Shown: one piece after another, positions 40,203 to 48,256 of the stretch
How the letters are laid out: each line of letters starts with the position of its first letter
Position numbering within the stretch: the first letter of the stretch is position 1
DNA from: Tenuifilaceae bacterium
Lineage (GTDB): Bacteria; Bacteroidota; Bacteroidia; Bacteroidales; Tenuifilaceae
DNA length: 64,000 bases
Direction of reading: 5' to 3'
NCBI GenBank assembly: GCA_034003245.1
Contig: JAVEYY010000021.1
Location: 5,852 to 69,851, forward strand
Translations under genes and position numbers: made by a program
Notes under the pieces: model-generated
Databases searched by the model: none
What the model saw: the letters and a program-made list of their open reading frames with translations, nothing else
Told to the model about the DNA's origin: nothing

Positions 40203-41063
40203 CTATTGTGGAGAAATGGTATCGGAAACCGCCTTGGAGTATCCGACAAAAATGCCGCAACCTCCCTTTACGTTTGAATAAAGCGGGATTGCAGGTAAAG
40301 CACCCGTAAAAAAATCGGGGTATAGCGCATCGGTATAAAGCGAGAGCTGCTTTTTATAGCTATAGTAATGCTTGCATACCGAGCGTAGCTCAACAACAAT
40401 TGGAGTATCGTCCTCAATTTGGAGGTTAATATGCATAGTGTAGGTATCTGTAGGCACAAACTCTGTACTAAAAAGGATCAAATCAAGCCCCTCGCTAAGG
40501 AGCACAGGGTCATTAATATTAGCGGGATTAATGCGCCTTTCACTATCGCTCCATACAACAACCTCAAGATATCTTGTATCGTGCTTACTAAAAGTAACCT
40601 CAACTGCATTTTGTAAATCGCCCCAGTAGTTAAACCAAGCGTTCTTAATAAACTTAACGTTCTCTATGGGTGCAGCCAAGGGAACAACGGTTGTCGCCGT
40701 AACCAGATCGTAGCCTGGGACGTTTACCTCGCATTTATACTCGTTTCCCTCCTGCGCTTCGGTAGACGAGTTGTATAAACCTTTGCTTGTATGCTCAAGG
40801 GTTTCGAGCAGATGACCATTTTCATACAAATGCACTTGGGCATTGGTTACATCGGTTAGCTGAGCCGAGTCGATACTACCCGACAACGAAATATGCACCC
40901 ACACCGGTTTTCCTGCTTCAACTATTCCACTGATAGTTGGTTTGGGGGGATGACTGGGAAATTCCCAATCTACCTCTTTCTCGCATGAGGGCATGGTAAC
41001 AACCAATACAAAATAGACAAATATACAGGCAAGTAAGTAATATAAAGGCTTAGTGCTATTCAT
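40203..41063 (-). CDS. DUF4249-like lipoprotein (partner of TonB-dependent receptor 1)
   Basis: 286 aa. Lipobox TMPSC and the C-terminal SNVKGGCGIFVGYS motif characteristic of DUF4249. Sits directly upstream of a CarboxypepD_reg-type receptor. Confidence 0.65.
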   Translation of the reverse strand: MNSTKPLYYLLACIFVYFVLVVTMPSCEKEVDWEFPSHPPKPTISGIVEAGKPVWVHISLSGSIDSAQLTDVTNAQVHLYENGHLLETLEHTSKGLYNSSTEAQEGNEYKCEVNVPGYDLVTATTVVPLAAPIENVKFIKNAWFNYWGDLQNAVEVTFSKHDTRYLEVVVWSDSERRINPANINDPVLLSEGLDLILFSTEFVPTDTYTMHINLQIEDDTPIVVELRSVCKHYYSYKKQLSLYTDALYPDFFTGALPAIPLYSNVKGGCGIFVGYSKAVSDTISPQ

Positions 41064-41072
41064 ATATGAATA

Positions 41073-41657
41073 TTAAAACTTAACCGTTAAACCGTACCTT
41101 AGGCAAGACTCTATGTTATACTCTTCAGGCCGATTATTAAATCCATACTCAACAAAAGCGCCCCAGTATGGGGTAATGTAATAACTAAGCCCTCCGTAAA
41201 GTCCGTAATCGGCCCCATGCCCTTTGTAAACGCTACCCTCAGGTGCTGCCAGGCTAAGACCTCCAAATTTTGCTGATAAATACACATCAAATCGAGGTTC
41301 GGCACTATTGGCAATAAGAGGTAAAAGGTGAAAATTGGCAGTAATACCATAAGTGAATGCATTGGAGTATATAAAAGTGCCCGGGGATATTTGATTATTT
41401 GAAGATTCAGTCTCCTCGGTATTTAAAAAATTAACAAATCTACTATACCCCAGGTAGCCTCCAAACTCAAAAAAATTTGTACCGCCATAAGTCGCTTCTA
41501 ACCTAAAATTGCCCAGCGAAAGATTATAGTCTGATTGCAAATACTTTGGCGTGATACTGTGGCCAAATTTTAAGTTATTGCGCTTGCAAAGGTAATTCTC
41601 CTGTGCTTGAGTTAGGTTTACAGTCAAGATTATCAAAACAAATGTGAAAAACTTCAT
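41073..41657 (-). CDS. Small outer-membrane beta-barrel protein (paralog family of three)
   Basis: 194 aa. Signal peptide ...LTQAQ, alternating beta pattern, NFHLLPL motif and a C-terminal ...YGLTVKF beta-signal. Confidence 0.6.
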   Translation of the reverse strand: MKFFTFVLIILTVNLTQAQENYLCKRNNLKFGHSITPKYLQSDYNLSLGNFRLEATYGGTNFFEFGGYLGYSRFVNFLNTEETESSNNQISPGTFIYSNAFTYGITANFHLLPLIANSAEPRFDVYLSAKFGGLSLAAPEGSVYKGHGADYGLYGGLSYYITPYWGAFVEYGFNNRPEEYNIESCLRYGLTVKF

Positions 41658-42114
41658 ATTATATTTTACTTAGTTAATTTGTTACGTTAAAGATAAGAAG
41701 TAAAGAGGCATTTCTAATTCAATTAAATAATAAGCACTTAAACAATGCCTCTTTAAACTATTAATTATTCAAGTAGATGGGGATTAAAAGTTCTCTCCGC
41801 AACTACCTGTCCTCTATGGTTTTTACCCCACATATCATAAGCCAGAATTGTCTGATTGGGTTGGCCTCACCTCCCTGAGTGATTTAGCAGTTGTTCTATG
41901 GGGGTGGGGCATTTTTGGGGCCAGTTTTTATAAGGGTTCATTTGACCTCCCTCCTTTATTTGCTTTAGGGCTAAGGTTATCCCTGTATCAAGTAGTTTAC
42001 CCTATAATTCCGGGGCGGTATCAACCCCGTCATTTGGTCAATTGCCTTGCAACAACCTATGATTAAGCGTTATAATATTTTTTCCTTGCAAGTAAATATA
42101 TATTAGGTGTATTT

Positions 42115-42190
42115 TTACACGTGTAAATGTAGACAAACATAATATTTACAAGTGACATTACCCCCCCCCTATAGATTATGTTATATAACA
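42115..42190 (-). promoter_or_regulatory. Candidate promoter of cassette 1: palindrome, G9 tract, 19 nt, TAnnTTTG, TTACACGTGTAA palindrome
   Basis: Read on the minus strand: TGTTATATAACA (42179-42190), G9 (42161-42169), a 19-nt spacer, TATGTTTG (42134-42141), then TTACACGTGTAA (42115-42126). Confidence 0.55.
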
Positions 42191-42197
42191 CATCTCA

Positions 42198-42225
42198 CTT
42201 TCAGAGGGAGAGTCTCCCCTCAAAG
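42198..42225 (-). terminator. Imperfect GC hairpin just downstream of EamA copy A
   Basis: CTTTGAGGGGAGACTCTCCCTCTGAAAG on the minus strand. No U-run follows. Confidence 0.35.
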
Positions 42226-42270
42226 CACATAAACGATCTAGAAAGGATTAGTAATTAGATGGCTTAGGGT

Positions 42271-43107
42271 CTATAGCCCTCGCCTACGAATATTCCAGTT
42301 TAGGATTGCCAGCGATAGTCCCACCAAAACCATGCCCAGTATGGCAATTAGCGTGGGGTGCTCGTTGGATAAAATTAGCCAACTAAGCACGGCACCTAGC
42401 ACAGGAATTATAAATTTCCACATGTTAAGGGTTGATAACTTTACACCCGGACGCTTTAATAATGTGTACCATATTGATATAGCTGCAGCCGAAAGAAAAC
42501 TTAGCCAGCCCAACGAGAGCCAGTACTCGAGCGGGAATGGCCCTGAATGAAAATTTTCGGTTATCAACCCTAATACAAAAAGCATGGCTCCGCCAAATAT
42601 CATGGAGAACGAGCTTAGCACCAGCGGTGGAATATGACGCTTATCCTTAGCAACCAACATATTCCCAAATCCCGACAGCAGGTTATTGGCAATTAGGATA
42701 AGAATCCCCACGCTCACCATGGTTCCAGCTGCACCCATCTGCTTGCGGCCAAGGCTAATTATTACAATGCCCAGCAAGCCCACCAGAATACTTGCCACCT
42801 TGCGGCTATTTAGCGTATCGCCAGGCATAAAGAAATGGGCAACAATGGCAATGAAAAGTGGCCCGGAACCAATAATCATAGCGCCCAGCGCTCCGGGAAC
42901 CATATCAACGCCTTTGTAAAACAGGGCGTACTGCAGAAAGGTTTGCACAAAACCCACAAGCAATATCTTGGGAATGTTTAGTTTGGCAACGATAAGTTTT
43001 GCCCGTAAGTCGGGAATAAAGGGAATAATAAGTAGTCCCGACAGGAAAAAGCGAATCCCTGCAAACTGAAAGGGTGTCGTATATTTTAGGCCAATCTTAA
43101 TGCCCAC
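42271..43107 (-). CDS. EamA/DMT-family permease, copy A (5' end disrupted relative to copy B)
   Basis: 278 aa from a GTG start, near-identical to residues 26-303 of copy B. A 5-nt deletion and a TTG-to-TTA change remove the copy-B start, and no ATG/GTG/TTG lies upstream in frame. Confidence 0.6.
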   Translation of the reverse strand: MGIKIGLKYTTPFQFAGIRFFLSGLLIIPFIPDLRAKLIVAKLNIPKILLVGFVQTFLQYALFYKGVDMVPGALGAMIIGSGPLFIAIVAHFFMPGDTLNSRKVASILVGLLGIVIISLGRKQMGAAGTMVSVGILILIANNLLSGFGNMLVAKDKRHIPPLVLSSFSMIFGGAMLFVLGLITENFHSGPFPLEYWLSLGWLSFLSAAAISIWYTLLKRPGVKLSTLNMWKFIIPVLGAVLSWLILSNEHPTLIAILGMVLVGLSLAILNWNIRRRGL

Positions 43108-43236
43108 AAAAGCTGTTGACCACAGTATGCAAGCAACAATGGCGAGGAAAATGGTTGAGAAATGTTTTAATTTTAAAGATGTGGTACCATTAAGTTTGAA
43201 ACCACGTTTTTTGGGGTGGTTATTATAATATTCACA

Positions 43237-43267
43237 GGGTTACTATCCGCTAAGCAGATAGCAACCC
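43237..43267 (-). terminator. Hairpin downstream of TonB-dependent receptor 2
   Basis: GGGTTGCTATC...GATAGTAACCC on the minus strand (one G-U pair). Weak U-tail. Confidence 0.4.
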
Positions 43268-43308
43268 CATAAGTAAAGAGAAGAATTATTCAATATTAAA
43301 CTTCAGCA

Positions 43309-45789
43309 TTACTCATCAAAATACATCCAGTTTCTCCCTCTCCCTTGCTCCTTCCTTTGTTCTTTTCGCTCCTGCTTTCTTTTTGATTTTATCTGGCGGA
43401 AGGCCTTAATATCATCAAAAAAGACCTTGTACGAAATGGTGGGGAGAATAGGGAAAAAACTCAACTGGTAAAGAGAGTAAGGTTCTGCGTCATTAAAACC
43501 TAATTGTGGAATACGAGTATTGTACTGTTCAGTATCGTGCGTAAACATATAGCTGTAAGGATTTTGCCTGTTGTAGGCATTGTACACGGCAAATGTCCAC
43601 TGCGCCTTGTTCCCATACTTGGTTTGGGTTGTGTAATTTAGCGCTAAATCGAGGCGATGGTAAAATCGCATACGCTCGCTATTCCTCTCTCCATAAATAA
43701 ATGCCTCGTAGTAGTAGGTATCATCGCCCCGACTTGTTAGGCTTGGTACATAAGCCCTACCATAAACGGGCGTAAAGGGTAAACCCGACTGGAGCACCCA
43801 CGAAGCACTGAGTGACATCTTATCGCTAATTTTGTGATTAAGGGTAAGCGAAAGGTTATGCGGCCGATCGTAATCGAACAAATACTGCTTTCCATCATTT
43901 ATATTGGGATATTTACGAGTTGACTGCGACCAGCTATACCCCATGAAACCAGTCCAATTGCCCCGTGTTTTACGCACAAACAGCTCCACGCCATAGGCCT
44001 CGCCCTCGCCCCCTGCCTCTACCTTGTTGCGCCAATTGCCATCGCCCATTAGCGATGTGTACCCCTCGCGATAGGTGGCAATATTACGCAATGTTTTGTG
44101 ATATGCGCTCACCTCAACATCCCACATCCCCTTGCCAAAAAAGCCACGCCAGCCTGCTGCAACCTGCTGGGTTGATGCAGGGCTAATTCCATTCCCTGCC
44201 GGCACCCACACCTCGTTGCTCATTATTTCGCCCTGGGTAAATAGCAGGTGCGAGAATTGATTGGCCTTCATGTAGCTAGCGTTAAGGGTATGGTTAGCCC
44301 CTACATGGATGTTGAGGTTTGCCCTGGGCTCAATTTTAAATTTGCTGTACTGCTCCGATACGTATCCCGCAGCACGTGCCCCTATGCGCAATGAAAGTAT
44401 TTTGGGGAACTCTAGCTTGGCCTCGGAATATGCCGATGGTTCAAGCGTATTTATGGTAGGCTGACTAGTTGCTGCCGGATTGTTCGATATGTATATATTA
44501 TTGGGATTGTACCTAAGGTATGCAGTGTGAAGGCCAAAATCGACACCCAAATTTTCGTGAAATTCAGCTGTTAAATCCCACTTATAGGAGATGTCCTGTA
44601 CTATGGATTTAAAGTTTCGCTTAAACTCAAACTTTGAATCGGGGTCGGTGTTAGTATAATTCTGGTTATTTTTTAACCTATAGCGCACAAACGAAAGGCT
44701 TTGCGTAGAGTATAAACTAGGGCTGTGCACTCGGCTCCAACGGGCGGATAGCAACCAGTTTCCCCACACATTTGAGAGCCGTGCCCTTTCGCTACCCGAA
44801 TTACTGCGGTTATAGTACCACCAGTTTATGTAGTCATCGCCCTGATAAAGATTTACGCTTAGGGTGTTTTTTGTATCGGGTCGCCAAGTAAATTTCCCAT
44901 TAACATCATGAAAACCGTACGACAGTATATAATCGCCTCCACCCGAAATCTTACTGGCTAATGCAAGTAATGGGTCAACCAGCGTTTTTCGACCAGCAAC
45001 AATAAAGGTTGAATTTTTTATTGGGGTGGGTCCTTCAAGCAGAAAAGAGGCATCGGTTATGCCAATGCTGTATGCTCCCTTTAGTTTGTTAACATTACCC
45101 TGACGTTGGGCAATATCCATAATTGACGACAGCTTGCCTCCGTAACAGGATGGAAATCCGCCCTTATACACCTTAATGTTATTAATAATATCGGAATTAA
45201 AAACCGAGGTAAATCCGCCCAAATGGTTTACATAAATTAGCGCAATATTATCGAACAGGTAAAGGTTCTCGCCCGGATTGCCACCACGCACCAGAATGGT
45301 GCTTGAGCCCTCGTTCTGCGACTGTATGCCGGGGAGCAGCTGAATGGCCTTCATCACATCGGGCTTTGCCCCCAGCGAGGGCAGCTGCTGCAGCTCCAGG
45401 TTGCTAAGCGATGCCACGCTATGTGTATGTCGCTTGGTATGGGTTACCACCACCTCGTCGATACTATTCTGTGGGTGCAAGAGTATAGTTACGAGCGAAT
45501 CGGTTGGCGTATTAAGGTTTATTGCCACTGGCTTATAGCCAACAAATGATACTGTTAGCTTGCTGTTAGCCTGCACATTGATGCTGAAATAGCCAGTGTT
45601 ATCGGTGGGGACTACCCGCATACGGGTGCTATCAACTATATGTGCTCCCACCAGCACCTCGCGCGTGAGGCTATCGCGGACAAATCCGGCAATACGCTGC
45701 TGAGCAACCACAGAAAAGTTTACGCTACAAAGTAATGCTGATGCTATGAGGTATTTAAAAATCTTCACAATGCTTACCATTTGGGTCAA
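43309..45789 (-). CDS. TonB-dependent receptor 2 (close paralog of receptor 1)
   Basis: 826 aa. Shares long identical runs with receptor 1 (PSLGAKPDVMKAIQLLPGIQ, VRGGNPGENLYL). The terminal strand PTISYKVFF is followed by a 35-aa Lys/Arg/Glu-rich tail. Confidence 0.85.
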   Translation of the reverse strand: MTQMVSIVKIFKYLIASALLCSVNFSVVAQQRIAGFVRDSLTREVLVGAHIVDSTRMRVVPTDNTGYFSINVQANSKLTVSFVGYKPVAINLNTPTDSLVTILLHPQNSIDEVVVTHTKRHTHSVASLSNLELQQLPSLGAKPDVMKAIQLLPGIQSQNEGSSTILVRGGNPGENLYLFDNIALIYVNHLGGFTSVFNSDIINNIKVYKGGFPSCYGGKLSSIMDIAQRQGNVNKLKGAYSIGITDASFLLEGPTPIKNSTFIVAGRKTLVDPLLALASKISGGGDYILSYGFHDVNGKFTWRPDTKNTLSVNLYQGDDYINWWYYNRSNSGSERARLSNVWGNWLLSARWSRVHSPSLYSTQSLSFVRYRLKNNQNYTNTDPDSKFEFKRNFKSIVQDISYKWDLTAEFHENLGVDFGLHTAYLRYNPNNIYISNNPAATSQPTINTLEPSAYSEAKLEFPKILSLRIGARAAGYVSEQYSKFKIEPRANLNIHVGANHTLNASYMKANQFSHLLFTQGEIMSNEVWVPAGNGISPASTQQVAAGWRGFFGKGMWDVEVSAYHKTLRNIATYREGYTSLMGDGNWRNKVEAGGEGEAYGVELFVRKTRGNWTGFMGYSWSQSTRKYPNINDGKQYLFDYDRPHNLSLTLNHKISDKMSLSASWVLQSGLPFTPVYGRAYVPSLTSRGDDTYYYEAFIYGERNSERMRFYHRLDLALNYTTQTKYGNKAQWTFAVYNAYNRQNPYSYMFTHDTEQYNTRIPQLGFNDAEPYSLYQLSFFPILPTISYKVFFDDIKAFRQIKSKRKQERKEQRKEQGRGRNWMYFDE

Positions 45790-46693
45790 TAATTTCCGAT
45801 TTTACCGATGAGTACCCTGTCAGTATCCCGTAGCCATTCTGCACGTTGCTATAGAGATTATAACTACCCGTTACTCCAACCGATAGTAGTGGCTCGCTGG
45901 TTGCCACCTCGTACAGGTACTGCTGCTTTATAAACTTGTAGTAGCTATGGCAAATGGTACGCAGCTCAACCTGTACTGGGAAAAGATTGGTTACCCAACC
46001 AGCATTATTATGGTTTGAGGCGCTGCCCGTTGAGTAATTAATGGTCATGGTGTAGGTGCTACCCTCAATTAGCTCGTTGCTAAACACGGCCATGGGCAAG
46101 CCCTCGTTAAGCAGAACAGGGTCAACAATGTAGAATGGATCAGCACTACCTTTATAATTTTCGCCATTAAAAAGCCTAATAACCACCTCGTAGTAAACGG
46201 TTGTATCGGGTAAATTATCGAAAGTTACCTTAACGGCAGGATAGGTTAACCCCTCCTCATCGACCCCAGCCATATTAATATGTTCAAATTCTACTATGTT
46301 CTGATGCTTGGGAATAACCGTAGAGCATGTGGCTGTTGGGTAGCCGGGTATAGTAACCTCGCAGCGGTACTCGCTATCCTCCTGCGCAACGAGCTCCGAT
46401 TGGTAAAGCCCATCGCCAATGTATTCAAGCGTTTCGGCATACTCGTTGTTAACGTATAGCAGCACTTCAGCGTTATCTACAGCGGGGGTGGGCTCGGCAG
46501 TAAATTTTACTGCAGTTGAAACCATTATGGAAACATGGCTTCCACTCTTAATAACGCCATTAACAACGGGCTTTTGCTCAAATTCGGGTGGGTTCCAGTC
46601 GAGCTTTTTGTGGCAGCTATTGAAAAGAAACACAAAAACCAAGGAAAACCCTACAACACCTCGTATTCCCTTGTTATCAAAACTTATAAGCAT
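45755..46693 (-). CDS. DUF4249-like lipoprotein (partner of receptor 2)
   Basis: 312 aa. Lipobox LFNSC and C-terminal SNVQNGYGILTGYS. Overlaps the receptor start by ~35 nt. Confidence 0.65.
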   Translation of the reverse strand: MLISFDNKGIRGVVGFSLVFVFLFNSCHKKLDWNPPEFEQKPVVNGVIKSGSHVSIMVSTAVKFTAEPTPAVDNAEVLLYVNNEYAETLEYIGDGLYQSELVAQEDSEYRCEVTIPGYPTATCSTVIPKHQNIVEFEHINMAGVDEEGLTYPAVKVTFDNLPDTTVYYEVVIRLFNGENYKGSADPFYIVDPVLLNEGLPMAVFSNELIEGSTYTMTINYSTGSASNHNNAGWVTNLFPVQVELRTICHSYYKFIKQQYLYEVATSEPLLSVGVTGSYNLYSNVQNGYGILTGYSSVKSEIIDPNGKHCEDF

Positions 46694-46703
46694 ACGTTAT
46701 ATT

Positions 46704-47246
46704 TTAAAACTTAAATGATAAACCGTACCTGAGATTTGTATAGCTACCATATCCAAACTCACCATAAACACCAAAATGACGAGTAAAGTAATATGCCGCT
46801 CCTGCGTAAACCCCGTAATCGGAGAAGTACTTATGAGGCAGGGGTGAAAAGTTTTTTCTTTCGGGATTAATACCCCCAAGTTTCCCCGAAACATAAAGGT
46901 CAAACCGTACTTTTTTCTCCTTAACAATTAGTGGCAGAATATGAAAATTAGCATTCAGCCCATAGTTAGTAGCTGCGTAACCTGATATTGTCATACCTGT
47001 GGTTGTCCCAATATTTTCTCTTTTTATATCTTGATAGAAACCAAACCCTGCGTAAACACCAACCTCAATAAAAGGAACTATTTTATAGTTAACCTCACCC
47101 CTAAAGTTTGGGAGGTTATTGTGTGTGTCCTCTGGGTTACTAAGGGAAAAACCCAACTTAGCGTTAATCCTTTTGGGCACGGTATTAACCTGAGCAAAGG
47201 TGTTAATTGATATTAGCAACGAGGCTAAAAGCAAAAGTCTTTTCAT
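46704..47246 (-). CDS. Small outer-membrane beta-barrel protein
   Basis: 180 aa. Signal peptide ...NTFAQ, NFHILPL motif, C-terminal YGLSFKF. Confidence 0.6.
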   Translation of the reverse strand: MKRLLLLASLLISINTFAQVNTVPKRINAKLGFSLSNPEDTHNNLPNFRGEVNYKIVPFIEVGVYAGFGFYQDIKRENIGTTTGMTISGYAATNYGLNANFHILPLIVKEKKVRFDLYVSGKLGGINPERKNFSPLPHKYFSDYGVYAGAAYYFTRHFGVYGEFGYGSYTNLRYGLSFKF

Positions 47247-47263
47247 TTGTTTAATTTTATTTT

Positions 47264-47845
47264 TTAAAACTTTACAACAAACCCATACCTTAAGTTGGGT
47301 TCACTATCGGAAAAATTCACCTTTTTACTTACTCCATACTCAACGTAAACGCCCCAATTCTTGGCAATAAAATAGTTAACACCACCAAGCAAGCCATAGT
47401 CGAACACAGTCCCTTTGTAAAGGCTATTGGCTGGAGCTATCATAGAAATCATTCCCAACTTAGCGCCAACATATAAGTCGATGCGCACTCTTCCTTCTCT
47501 TATTACAAATGGAAGGATATGAAAATTGGTGTTTAACCCATAAAACAAAGCATTGGATTTGTAGGGCGAGCTAAATGTGGTGGGTGTGCTTGGACTTAAA
47601 GGGCCTTCAATATTTTTAAAATTACTATACCCTAAATACAGACCTGGTTCAATAAAATTAAAAAGTACGTAGTTCGCTTCAAACCTTACATTTCCAAATG
47701 CAATATTGTCGCTAAAATCCCAAAACTTTGGGGTGTTTGAGTGACCTAGTTTAAGCGACAACCTCTCGTTAAGAGAGGTGTTTTGGGAAAAACCTATCGC
47801 TGTAAACGTTAGGAAAAACGTTACCAATAAATTAATCTTACTCAT
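47264..47845 (-). CDS. Small outer-membrane beta-barrel protein
   Basis: 193 aa. Signal peptide ...IGFSQ, NFHILPF motif, C-terminal YGFVVKF. Confidence 0.6.
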   Translation of the reverse strand: MSKINLLVTFFLTFTAIGFSQNTSLNERLSLKLGHSNTPKFWDFSDNIAFGNVRFEANYVLFNFIEPGLYLGYSNFKNIEGPLSPSTPTTFSSPYKSNALFYGLNTNFHILPFVIREGRVRIDLYVGAKLGMISMIAPANSLYKGTVFDYGLLGGVNYFIAKNWGVYVEYGVSKKVNFSDSEPNLRYGFVVKF

Positions 47846-48070
47846 AATCTATTTTTAGTTTTACTATTGATATTGAAAAAACCAATGCCGTACAATTAAC
47901 TTCATATGTCATTTGCCTTTAGAAAATAAGCCATTCTACGTATTTGGCTACCACGCATAAGGACACATCAGCCTGCTGGCAAAGACAGGTGAGTAGTTAT
48001 ATAATGAATTCAATAAATGCTTTTGATTGTTTTAGATATTATTTTGTGATTAGCAATGTATTCTTGTAAA

Positions 48071-48127
48071 CAAAACTAGCACTTTATACCAATTTTACCC
48101 CCCCCGTATTTATGTGTTATAAAACAC
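48071..48127 (-). promoter_or_regulatory. Candidate promoter of cassette 2: inverted repeat, G8 tract, 19 nt, TAnnTTTG
   Basis: Read on the minus strand: GTGTTTTATAACAC (48114-48127), G8 (48098-48105), a 19-nt spacer, TAGTTTTG (48071-48078). Confidence 0.55.
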
Positions 48128-48215
48128 ACCAAATACCACAAAAAGAATGAACACGCAACAGAAAAACACCTCACTATGGCAAAGGATTACAGCTGATGGT
48201 TTGCAGCGGGTTGAT

Positions 48216-48256
48216 GAGAGAAAAATCCTGACAGGTTTTAGAAACCTGTCAGGATT
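48216..48256 (-). terminator. Strong rho-independent terminator (minus strand)
   Basis: Perfect 14-15 bp stem AATCCTGACAGGTTT / AAACCTGTCAGGATT with a 3-nt loop, followed on the minus strand by UUUUUCUCUC. Confidence 0.85.

Larger units (their letters stand above)
41860..43175. repeat. Segmental duplication copy A (leader + EamA gene); partner at 52721-54040
   Basis: Collinear by eye with copy B over ~1.3 kb, with scattered substitutions and small indels. Confidence 0.9.
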
